Shown here: one piece after another, positions 1-11,853 of the stretch
Layout: every line of letters begins with the position of its first letter
How positions within the stretch are numbered: the stretch's first letter is position 1
Source: Eledone cirrhosa
Taxonomy: Eukaryota
Direction: 5' to 3'
Length of the DNA stretch: 64,000 bases
NCBI GenBank assembly: GCA_964016885.1
Contig: OZ024741.1
Coordinates: forward strand, 98,022,001-98,086,000
Program-made: the position numbers and the translations under genes
The notes under the pieces: model-generated
What the model was told of the DNA's origin: nothing
Databases searched by the model: none
Seen by the model: the letters and a program-made list of their open reading frames with translations, nothing else

Positions 1-1075
1 TCTGTCGGTAGTCAAAATTAGTGGCCATCTCTCGGAACCGTTTCAGATCTCCCGATCGATCCGTACTGACGTACTCACTCTCGAACTTTTATTGCGGAAG
101 CTGGAGCTGTTGCAGGGCATCCCGCTCCAGCCGGGTCGCGGAAAGGCTGTGTCGGCTTATGCGGACGACATCAGAAATGGGCTGCGAGGTAGCTATCACT
201 GAAAGGTCGGCTGGAGAAGGCGAATGATTACATCGCGTCTGTCATCTACTACCGCCTGCCATCGTGCCATGGCCGCGTCTGCGCTTCGTGAAGTTGGAAC
301 GGTTCCTCTTCAAATTCTGTGGAGGGGACGGTTTCCGTTGGTGACGCGGTCCACTTGCTGCCGGTACCCTCTAAGTGGAGGGCTGGGGATGCCGTGGCTA
401 ATGAAGCGCAGATGGGACCGAGACTGGGTGAGTGGCATCTGGAATGTTGCTAGACTCTCACTGCCCTCTACCATGCGGGAAATGCGGTCAGTGGAACATC
501 CAATCTCGATAGCTATATAGGATTTGTGGTCGGCAAATGCGACGACGCACCCCGAGAGGCTCTGGGTACCGACGTAGTCGTAATGACCAGTCTGTTCTGG
601 AGGACTGTCGAGCCGGAGACGATGGATTACTTCCAAAAATCCCTTGCTTCACAGTGATAACGGAGGGCACTGCCGGTTCAATATAAACTCTACACGCATG
701 GAAGTGCTGTCAGACGGACCTGCGCGATATGCCCGCAGTCGTCCTGTGTCCGTGGATTACTGACATCTGTGAGTGGGCCTACTCTGATCATGCACCTGTA
801 GGCTAGTGAATTTGAGGGGAGAAGGGTGCCCTTCCCGGGGTCCTCAAAGCTTTGAATGGTTCAGGATTGGTGGGGTACCTGAATCAACCCTATTGGGGAA
901 TTTTCATTGGTATATTTTTCTTGTTTATTTTTATTGTTTTCCTATGTTTTACTCGATTTTTAATGTAAAACGCCCATTGTCCCCGTATATTGTATTGCCC
1001 CCTATAAGTCGGCCCTCGTGGCCAATAAATGAAACCATTATTATTATTACTATTATTAATATTATTATTATTATT
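1..1075 (+). mobile_element. Degenerate, internally deleted L1/Tx1-type LINE (RT remnant, 3' UTR, (ATT)n tail)
   Basis: 'gcttatgcggacgacatc' = AYADDI at ~155-172; ORF 224-520 has LWRGRFPLVTRSTCCRYPLSGGLGMPWLM, matching the 52638-53795 ORF (LWKGRAPMVRRSICCQHPLHGGLGMPWLM); ends aataaatgaaacc(att)n. Confidence 0.85.
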
Positions 1076-1139
1076 CAGTATTGCACTGGGGTAATTGCTG
1101 GCCTTGTGCCAAAAGTAGAAACATTATTATTATTATTAT

Positions 1140-1358
1140 GCGGTCGATTGGCAGTATCCGTAGAGAATCGGACATCATTCTTTGCAGCATAGAGTTACGG
1201 TCCTTTATTTTCTGAGTTCAAATCCCGCCGAGGTTAACTTTGCCTTTCATCTTTACGGGGTCGATAAAATAAAGTACCAGTAGCGCACTGGGGTCGATCT
1301 AATCGATTTTCCCCTCCCAAAAATTGTTGGACATGTGCCTAAATCAGAAACCATTATT
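1140..1358 (+). mobile_element. tRNA-derived SINE with Deu/Nin-like core (long variant); SINE 3' fragments at ~1076-1130 and ~1410-1500
   Basis: A-box-like tggcagtatccgtag, B-box-like gagttcaaatcc, core gcctttcatctttacggggtcgataaaataaagtaccag, tail gaaaccattatt; many copies in the window. Confidence 0.85.
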
Positions 1359-1501
1359 TTAATAATGACCAGCCAGTCAGACTCTAACTAAAAAGCGCGG
1401 CCTACTAGAAATAGTACCAGTAATGCCAAACGTAGAAACAATTATTATTATTATTATGGGCTGGGTAATTGCTGGCCTTGTGGCAAAAGTAGAAACAGTT
1501 G

Positions 1502-1549
<48 letters not shown>

Positions 1550-4500
1550 CTATCATCATTACCGACATCATCATCACCAACAACAAAAACAACAAACAGC
1601 AACAACAACAACAATAACAACAGCAACAACATAATTAAAATTAACACATCTAGAAAGTTGCAAGATTATATTTCCTTGACTTTGATGTTATTATCACTGT
1701 TGCTGTTATATTTGGCGGTATGCTACTGCATCAATACAAATCATTTGCCATACATTCATTCTACAATCGCTCATGTTATTAACGCTGTTTAATTTTATTT
1801 TCTCATGCTATTATTCTTATTACTGATGTTCGTAACATACGTATCTTTTGCCAATAATAATCTGCAATGAATTATACTATTGATGAGAATGTTAACGTTT
1901 CACCGTTGATTTTATATTTATACGTTTCCATAAAATGTGTGACCGATGTAGACGTAGTTAATACATATTCACCATTGTTTCCCCATTGTTGGTGTTCAGC
2001 TTCTTCTTTCTCTGTTTATTTTTCATATTATTCATATTCTTGATGAAATCATTTGTAATTCCACGACTGTTGTTTGATAAGTTATAGAATAATTTTTCCA
2101 TGTGTAATATCATCTTCATCATTATTACAAATGAATCATTTCAGTTACAACATTTCTGTAAACAGTTGAAAAGAGGTAAAACATGGTGAAGGGGAAGCAT
2201 TAATTGTATCACAAACCTTTGTTCAAGAGAGTTCTGTGTTCAAAACACACCAGGATTTTCCTAACCATTTTATCCGATGTCGATAAAATACTTTAAACAA
2301 ATATACTGGCATAGCTTTATGCTATTTTAAAATGCTAACTGATGTTTAATTCCGCAGATTGCCAGATTACAAGATTACAGCACTTGAGTCGTTTAGTTAC
2401 ATCAATATGAGTCGTTCTAGAGACAAATTCTATATTCGTTTGTTTCACTAATAATACTTTGGAGGCTGGAATCGATTTACTTTATTATAATTTTTTTTAC
2501 AAACATTTGGTAGCACAACTTTGTTAGAATTGGTAATTATTATTAAACCTAGACAGCTAATCAAAATGTTTTAGTTGAAAAATACGTAGGTGAAGAATTG
2601 AGAATTTGTTTGTATCACATCTTATCCACTGGAAATAAAACAGAGAAGAAATACAAGGAACCCAGCCATAAATAATTAAAACCTCAATGTGGTGAATGAT
2701 AAATCATAAGTGGTAACATTTCAGAAATCCTAAGTCATTAAATGGGGACTAATAAATGAGTCAATGAAGTAGAAGTATGTTGGCGCGTGATCTGCTACAA
2801 ATAAGATTCAAATTTCCCTGAAATCGCTCTCAAATATATAAAAATGGAATGATACATATGATAATGTTGACCTTGAAAGTAAAATGGAATTCTCCGAATT
2901 GGATTAGAGTTGATCATTGGTCTGCTAGATGAGGACTCACATGAGGCTAAATAAAATCAACTTCAATGTATATGACGTTGAAAAGTCAATCATCAAAAGA
3001 TATTGACGAGTTGAGGGAAACGTTGTTTCTCTTGTGGACTAGTCGTCAATAGGAGGTTGTAATAACGGTTTTAAAAAATAACATCAACTAAAACGGTAAT
3101 CCATCTGTTTGTGGCATTATATGTTAGAGAACATTCACGAAGGATGTTTGAATCAATTAACATCATACAATTAACATCATACAATAAATGACCATTGTCC
3201 AGGTAGGTTACATCTCCGAAAGATCTAACCATTTTCGAAACATATGTTGTGTGGTTAAGACGATTGCTTCTCAACCATATTCCGTTTATCATATTTTTTG
3301 GTCTTCTGTTATAGCCTTGGATTGCCTAATATGTACATTGCACAGTCTGTTATAAATGTAAGTTTGTAAATGGGATTTTTCTTCGTACCAAAAGATGTTG
3401 TCTTTGACGTCGTGTGTTTACCCATCATTGAATGTTAGAATGAATCCAGTCGAAATAAGTCAGAAATCATATTGTTATTTTTTTATATTTAGACCTTTGA
3501 CAAACCTGATCGAGCAAAGGTTTGGGCCAAATATTTGATTCCGTAACGAAACGTCTATTACTCAGCTATGCTGTATTTAAAACGAAATTATCCACCATTT
3601 CCAATGTTTCATACAACTCGATATCAAGGATTCGCTTATTATTTTTAGGAAATCGAATGATTGCATTTAAGATTTAACTATTCTTCCATGTTGATGATAT
3701 AGACGATGGTGTTTTTCTTCTTCTTTCTTATGTCTTGTAGAGAATGTTAGTGCTTAACCAGTGAATCTATTATCAGAAAGGTTTATGTTTCAATTGTTAA
3801 AATAGCTGTTGCTATTGTTGTTCTAGTTGTTTAGCCACATGTATGTCAGTTTGCATACAACACACCTATGATCAAAACCATTCGAGGTATCATTGTTAGT
3901 TTGTGTTTTCAAACGATTATAACTGTTGTTTCGCTTGGGGCATAACTTTATTCAATGAAAAAAGTTATGCCCCAAGATCTATGAATAAATCGTGTTTTCT
4001 TTTAGACATAAACTAGACTAAACTAGGACTAAATTATTCAATCATTGAAGACGGAAGTGTGTCACATTTTATGGTAAATTTCCCGTTCACATTACGTGAC
4101 CATGTGAACGCTGTGTGGTTCACTTATCGACACGTATTGTTGATTGTTTTGTGATTATTGTTGTTCTGTAGTTATAGTCCAGGCCCAATTCTTTGAACGT
4201 GAAGCATATTGAGAATTTGAGTGAGAGATAATGTTTCAAAATTTTAGGTTATTTCATTTTAAGGCCAATTTTGGTTTTATATTCAGAGTGGAAACAATTA
4301 TTTTGACATCATGTAGAGGTGTTGTAACGAACCTTTCTTCATAAATATGTTATACCCGTCTGCATTATCAAGTTGACCCTGCATTTCTAAGACGGTGAAA
4401 TTTGTGACTTGAGGGAGTTGCGCTCTGCTAATTCTTGCAGATCCATTGAATGTTTCGTGAATCACTCATTAACCTGTAAAATAAACCTACGACTCACCTA

Positions 4501-6032
4501 TAACGATAAGATTGAAGCAAAAATTGCACATTCGTCTGATCTAATTTTGCCATTTGCATCAACAAAAATAAGCTAACAGAAACCTTGTTTAGATGATGCA
4601 GTGATGGAACGAAGCTAGTGGTTTACTCATGCCACGAAGAAAATCCAACAATGCCTTTAACTCATTTTTAACTTCCAAACGAACACTTCACTGAATCTTT
4701 TACAGAATCTAAATCGATTGTGACTATATTATTGTTGGAGCTATGATAAAAGTCGATCATTTATCACTCAAAATTCCAATTTCCATCTTTTTGTTATTCT
4801 TTGTCATCCGATTTCGTTTCATTAATATTTATTTTTATTGTCTACTTCTTCTCCATGTTAATTATTTTTTGCATTTTCATTTTAGCTTATCCTCACATTC
4901 TAATGTACCCCTTTTATAGTGTTTTTTATATGTTTATACTTTACGTCCCTTTTGCGAATTTTTCACGTATTTCTATATTTTCCTTTTCCTATTTTCCGGG
5001 TTTCAAGTATTCTTCTGCTCCGTCATATTGCTAACATCGCTTTTTGTTTTAGTTGTTTTTTTTCTTTTTCTTGTTGTTGTTGTTGTTATTATTCTACACC
5101 ATCATCATCATTATCAACATTATCAACATCATCGTCGTCGTTGTCGTCACTACCGTCTTCTTTTCCGTTATTGTAATTTTCTTCCTGTAATTTCGTCTGC
5201 AGTTTTTTTTTATATTTCCTTCATGCAAATCTTTTTATCTCATTCTTCTCAGTCTGCTTTCTTATAGTTTAGGCATGAAGAGGAACGCCGACAGAACATT
5301 GAAAATTAAGAAGCAGTTATATTACGAATTGAGAACATGAATGGAAACGAAATGTATTACAAAGAGAGAGATTAGCAGAGATAGGGAGAAAGTTCGGGTA
5401 CGAAAATTGAAAAGGAATTTTGAATTGGAATATGCAATGAAAGAAAGAGATAGAAAAGATCACTAATGAAGTCAAATGGGCACACATAAATACATACATA
5501 AATGCATATATACATACATATGTACATACATAAATACATACATACAGGCATGCATACATATATATAAATATATGCATACAAATGTAATGGTTGCATCTCA
5601 GTATCGAGAATTCCCATCCCTTGATACTTTTCTCATACATGGGTGTCACGAACATAACATGTTAGCCCTACCAAGGATTTAGATTCTTTTATGCATATGC
5701 TGCACTGAAATTTAATAAAGTAAAGGCCATGCCCACGCAACATACATGAACGTCGTTTACATCAAGAGATACCTGTGCTTGAAGCCTGAAGACTTTTTAA
5801 ATGTAGAAAGGTCTTGCACTAGACCAATCCGATTCTCTGAACAACAGTAGCAGAAGAACAGGTCAACATCATTGGCTGCCATTGAGTCGCAGTTCTTTTA
5901 TCAGCATATTTCTTATCCTGGAATGATATCGTTTCAACAACTAGTAGGTATCTCACTCCCGGTGAGATAATCGCGCGCTCAGGCACCAGCTCGAGTAATT
6001 GTGTGTCTTTGCAATACATACATACATACATA

Positions 6033-6642
6033 CGTTCCAGTAAAACCCCAATAAAATACAGGCATAAGAGACCAGATATTATGATATGGGATAGGGAGAA
6101 GAAAGCATGCACAGTAGTGGAAATTAGCTGCCCAGCAGATGCCAATATAATATCAAAGATTAGCGAAAAGGAGAATATGTATGCAGAACTGATGAGAAAT
6201 CTGCAGATACTCCACCTTGATTACACCTTCAGATTTATGCCTGTGATCATTGGAGCACTGGGGTATGTTAGTAACTGCCTCAATAAAAATCTTGAGAAGC
6301 TAGGCCTCACAAGAACAGAAAGAACACAACTAGCTAGGAAATTACAAGTACAATCCATTAATGGAATAGTAAAAATATATAAAACATTCCAAACATTTTG
6401 CATCTAATAATTGCATATACACATGTACAGATGCAAAGCATATACACATGCACACATACAACTCAAAAAATCCACATCCACACATACAATAACATCCATA
6501 TCTACACTTGCATGCAGACATGCATACATACATATCTACCTAGTTGATGTTGTGTAAATTCCAATGAGAGTCTTGTGTCTATGTTAGAAACCGACTCTCT
6601 CTCTATTGGGAAAAAAATTGGGAAATTATAAAACCAGAAGAG
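6033..6642 (+). mobile_element. 5'-truncated R4/Dong-like non-LTR retrotransposon: restriction-like endonuclease C-terminus plus 3' UTR
   Basis: ORF 6003-6407 has RPDIMIWD...VVEISCP...KISEKENMY...PVIIGALG (PD..E..K RLE pattern); flanked on both sides by (CATA)n. Confidence 0.75.
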
Positions 6643-6910
6643 CATACATACATACATACATACATACATACATACATACATACATACATACATACATACA
6701 TACATACATACATACATACATACACACACACATACATACATACTTTCATATATTGGATTGGGAGGATCGTTAAAGTGTCGAACAAAATTTCTCGCAGTAT
6801 TTCTTGTAATATTCTGAGCTCAAAGTCGATGTCATCGACCTTTACCCTACCCAGAATACTCACTTCGTACCTGTATATATCTAAATATATATATATATAT
6901 ATATATATAA

Positions 6911-6953
<43 letters not shown>

Positions 6954-7656
6954 AGAGTGATAAGGAAATAGAGAGTGAGAGAAAGAAAAAAAGAAAGAAA
7001 GAAAGAAAGAAAGACAGAGAGAAAAGGAACTTAGTGAAAGAGGTAGATAGATAGAGACTATCACGAGAAAGAAATATATGTATTTTATGCAACAGCGTTA
7101 TAGTTGATGGCGAATATAATATCAAGAATCATTAATCATTAAGTACTGTTTCTATTAAGAGAGTATTAGCAAGTCGCCATATTGTTTGTAAAACCGAAAT
7201 TTAACATAAACAACAGACATTTATAAATTCCTTTAAATGCATCTAATACCTTGATTAAGCAACTTAACGATGCTATGTCACGCCTATATTATTTATTAAT
7301 ATATCAGCCTAGCATAACCTCTCTACCCCATCTCTACTTTTAACTCACTCTTACATCTTCTTCTCTGTTTCTCACTGGGCGGATAAACTGATGTATTTTC
7401 CTGTTTACATCTCTTAATTTTTCTTTCAGTTATTTACGCATTTAAATGCAAATCCATGCAACACACCCAGTATATACATTCATACTTATGGAATACATAT
7501 TTACGAGGGTATAATATTTATATATATATATGTGTGTGTGAGTGTGAGTGTGTGTGTGTCTGTGTATGTGTGTGCGCGCGCGTGTGTGTATGTGTATGTA
7601 TGTACGTATGTATATCTATATATATATATATGTATATATATGTATATATATATATT

Positions 7657-7700
<44 letters not shown>

Positions 7701-7702
<2 letters not shown>

Positions 7703-8403
7703 AACCAGTAAGACCCCGACAGCTGAGCTCAAGCCGTTTCGACGGCTAATTCTGGACTAAATGAAAATTTATCCTGGTATTTAAATAGCCGATCTTCTCA
7801 AGGGGTAATTCCATATATGGTCAAAGTGATTGTCAAAAATCAGTAGTAATTCTGTGGTTGCAAACTAGTAGGGGAGATGGTGGCTAAACCTGCCAGTAGG
7901 AGAAAGAGGGGAGGGGGTGGAGTAGACCCAATCAAGCGTTGGTAGTGCCAGCTACAGCTGGGCATGAGGTCAAAGAAGATACAGGGGAGGGGGAGGGGGA
8001 GGAAGTCGGAACGGTAGGTAGAACAATGGGGGGTAGAAATAGGAAAGAAAAAGTACTGAGAGTGAAGAAAAGCAAATAAGTGTAAAGGAAAAAGTAAAGT
8101 AAATTAAATTCTACGACCTAGGTCTCAGGCTATTGTTAGGCTAGAATAAAATAAATAAAGAAAGAAAGAAGTAAAGAAAGAAAGAAATAAAGAAATAACG
8201 AAATAAGTAAAAGAACTAGGTGGGACGGATTAGGCAAGGACCCTTTTAAGAGGTATAAGTACGTAAATGATAAGGTGACGGGTCAACAAAAGGGGCCAAA
8301 ATACTAAAGAGACTACCACGAAATAAACAATAAAGGTTTCCATCCCGGGCCAGCAACGACCCAGTGCAGCAAAGTGAACTTGTTCCTTACCACATTTCCT
8401 TCG

Positions 8404-8405
<2 letters not shown>
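7701..8405 (-). mobile_element. Solo pseudo-LTR-like non-coding element (probably Penelope-related) embedded in (TA)n
   Basis: ~700 bp between two (TA)n runs; minus strand starts aacgaaggaaatgtggtaaggaac (shared with 30191, 32335, 48371, 48416) and carries an HHR near its 3' end. Confidence 0.65.
7713..7806 (-). ncRNA. Type I hammerhead ribozyme, U3:A8 core variant, long stem II
   Basis: Minus strand: acccc-UUGAGAA-gatcggcta...tagccgtc-GAAA-cggct tgagctc agctg-UC-ggggt; stems I, II and III all pair, GUC cleavage triplet. Confidence 0.75.
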
Positions 8406-8685
<280 letters not shown>

Positions 8686-8818
8686 CGTTTCTGAATTTGT
8701 TTAGCAAGATTCTTTATCTGAAATCGTGTGTTGAAACCGATATTGTTATACTTTGGGAGGGTCATGTTGCTAATAAGAAACACACGCACCAGTTGCTTTC
8801 ACTTCAATTTATTATATA

Positions 8819-9994
8819 CTAGCAGTAAAGCCCGGCGTTGCTCGGGGTCGCTCAGTAGCTGTGTTAAAGTTACAATGTTAAGTTTCTTTTTTGGCTTAAA
8901 AACTGTAGTGTCTACTGTGCAGACTTGCATGTGGTGTTTTTGATTAATATTCCCTCAACCAACAATATGCCTTATGAAGTTAAGAAAATATAACGATAAC
9001 CCGAATGTTATAACAAAAGAGGATGCTGGGGATAAAAACTGCACTGGTTATTTATTAACAAAGATCGAAAATGTAAACACTGCAACGCAGAGAAAAACAT
9101 TAGCGTAACCAAATTATCAGCTATGTCTGTCTGCACGCCTATATCACCCCTCTGCACGACTGTTTGTCTGCACGCCTATATCACCTCTCTGCACGACTGT
9201 CTGTCTGCACGCCTATATCAACTCTCTGCACGACTGTCTGTCTGCACGCCTATGTCACCTCTCTGCACGACTGTCTGTCTGCACGCCTATATCACCTCTC
9301 TGCACGACTGTCTGTCTGCACGACTGTCTGTCTGCACGCCTAACGAAATTTACAGATACATATATTTTAAATAAACTTATATAATTTTTCTTTTTTTTAC
9401 GAAATATTTGCTTGTTTTACGTAGTCTTTAAATAGACTTGTTTTCAAGTAAAAATGTTGTTTTAAAAGGCTTTTAAATGGAAATGAAGCAAAACGGAAGC
9501 TTAGTGTTCGAACTGATGAATTTTGCAGGTCAAAATTTTGCTGGCTCGACAACTGTTCGTGTATTGTGTTAATGTCATTTTAAACGCTGAGAAAGCCAGC
9601 GTAATTTTTTTAATTTTTGCCAGCGTAATTTTTTTAATTTTTGCACGCAGAAAATGTAAACAGAGCGTAAGACGCTACGCTGAATGTAAACAGAACAAAG
9701 GGAAATCATTTTTTTAATTTTTGCACGCAGAAAATGTAAAGAGAACGTAAGACGCTACGCTGAATGTAAACAGAACAAAGGGAAATAACTCATCACTTAC
9801 GCTCAAAAATCGATACATTATATTCGATTTCGTCAGATAGGGCGGGTCAATTTGAAATATTTTTTTCCGATGTCTTCGCTAGGGCTCAATGTACAAGTAT
9901 AGCAATTTCGGTGCAATTCCGTGAGAGATTCTAAGAGGAGATGTGTGCCAACAATCGATAGACAGACAGACAACCTCAGTTTTATATATATAGA
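8819..9994 (-). mobile_element. Non-autonomous Helitron (5'-TC...hairpin-CTAG-3')
   Basis: Minus strand starts TCTATATATATAAAA followed by (tctg)n and ends cccgagcaacgccggg-ctttactg-CTAG; sits between A and T with no TSD; removing it restores the pLTR. Confidence 0.85.
9125..9341. repeat. ~37-bp minisatellite inside the Helitron
   Basis: About 5-6 copies of tgtctgtctgcacgcctatatcacctctctgcacgac. Confidence 0.9.
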
Positions 9995-10095
9995 TTTATA
10001 AATTTATAAATTTACAAATTTACAAATTTACAAACTTATAAATTTTTGGTTGGTTGGTTGGTTCCACAACCAGATAGTTGTTTATATATATATAT

Positions 10096-10140
10096 AGTCA
10101 TAGTCCTTTCGTCACACACTCTGTGACCTCTTCAGTGACT
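10096..10140 (-). ncRNA. Minimal type I hammerhead ribozyme in the pLTR
   Basis: Minus strand: agtca-CUGAAGA-ggtcaca gagtg tgtgac-GAAA-ggac-UA-tgact. Confidence 0.75.
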
Positions 10141-11207
10141 GGGGATTCCTTTCTTCGTTTCTGTGCCTTTCCTTTCTTCTATCCTACGCCATTTTGTTTC
10201 TGTGTGTGTGTTGTGTGCTCAGTTTGCGCATGCGCCACATGCGGAAAATTCATGAGGCAATGGCCATCAAGAAATGTGTAAATATATATATACATATGTA
10301 TATATGTACATATCTATATATATGTTTAGATATGTGTATATATGCGCGGGGACATAGAAATAATCGGGCAGGATACCCGATCGCGTGGTTAAACCACTGG
10401 GTGAGATGGACCCCTAGCATTTTTCAGGGCTTTCCTAGGAGAAGGCAACTCAGAAACCTGGGATAACTCCGACATAAAACCTGCATCTCAGTAGTTACCG
10501 ATGATGTTGGTCTTTACTTCTTTTCAGGTTATAGCTTGCATGCCCCACTTGCATGCCCCACGTGTAACTAACACATACACTAACTACTACATCTGACTAA
10601 AAAACTCTTGCATTATCTGTGTTAACTGCTGAATGTATTTTAATTTTGTTTTAATTTTGTTTTAATTTTAATTTTGATTTTGATTTTGAATTTGAATTGC
10701 TATACAGAAATAATATAGTATAATATATGTCACTCCACTGTACATCAATATATATATACGTATCTGTATGTCTCTTGTGTGGAAAGGAGGTCAATTATGT
10801 GTACAAACATTGCAAAATGCTCCAAAGACCCCAAGCCTAGGTTTGGATGAAACAATTGTAAGTGAATAAATGCTTTGAACATAGCTTTGATTCTGTAGTA
10901 CAACTGATGTTATTACATTGAGCTATTTATCTTACTGGTAATAAGGTAGTAATAAATTACTGACCTTCACTGTTTAGGGTTTAAACTATACATAACTATA
11001 AAAAGTTTTAGTACATACATAACCATAAATAGTATCCTTAATATTATTATTATATATTGTTATACTTTGGGAGGCTCATGTTGCCAATAAGAAACACACG
11101 CACCAGTTGCTTTCACTTCAATTTATTATAATAAATTTATAAATTTAGGAATTTATAAATTTCTGGTTGGTTGGTTTGTTCCACAACCAGATAGTTGTTT
11201 ATATATT

Positions 11208-11250
11208 GTCAAAGTTCTTTCGTCACACATTCTGTGACCTCTTCAGTGAC
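11208..11250 (-). ncRNA. Minimal type I hammerhead ribozyme in the inverted pLTR copy
   Basis: Reverse complement of 15583-15625. Confidence 0.7.
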
Positions 11251-11853
11251 TGGAGATTCTTTTCTTTGTTTTTGTGTCTCTCCTTTGTTCTGTCCTACGC
11301 CATTTTGTTTCTGTGTGTGTGTTGTGTGCTCAGTCTGCGCATGCGCCACATCCGGGTGTCTGTGTGTGTTTATATTTGCTTATTTATTTGTTTATTTACA
11401 TGTTACCGGTTGGTTGTTTGTTCTATGTGTGTGTGTGTTTACATTTTGTCCTTAATTGTAAGTTGTGATGTTGCTGTTCCACTCATATTTTCTATTTAAT
11501 TTTGGTTGCAATTCTTTTATGTTTATTGCCTCTGTGATTTGTCTAAACATTGCGTCTTTTCTGTGTGTAGATTCTATTTTTATTTCTATGTTCTCTAATT
11601 TACCCTTATGTTCTATCTGGTTGTGGAACCAACCAACCAACCAGAAATTTATAAATTCCTAAATTCCTAAATTTATTATAATAAATTGAAGTGAAAGCAA
11701 CTGGTGCGTGTGTTTCTTATTGGCAACATGACCCTCCCAAAGTATAACAATATCGGTTTCAACACACGATTTCAGATAAAGAATCTTGCTAAACAAATTC
11801 AGAAACAAAATATCGTAAGCCTTAGTCAGGCTAACAAGATACTGAAAACCACC

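Noticed and set aside
10346-10540. GC-richer islands resembling RTE-type LINE 5' UTRs (also ~48795-49140 and ~60410-60600)
   Set aside because: Resemblance from memory only; no coding or structural evidence to classify them
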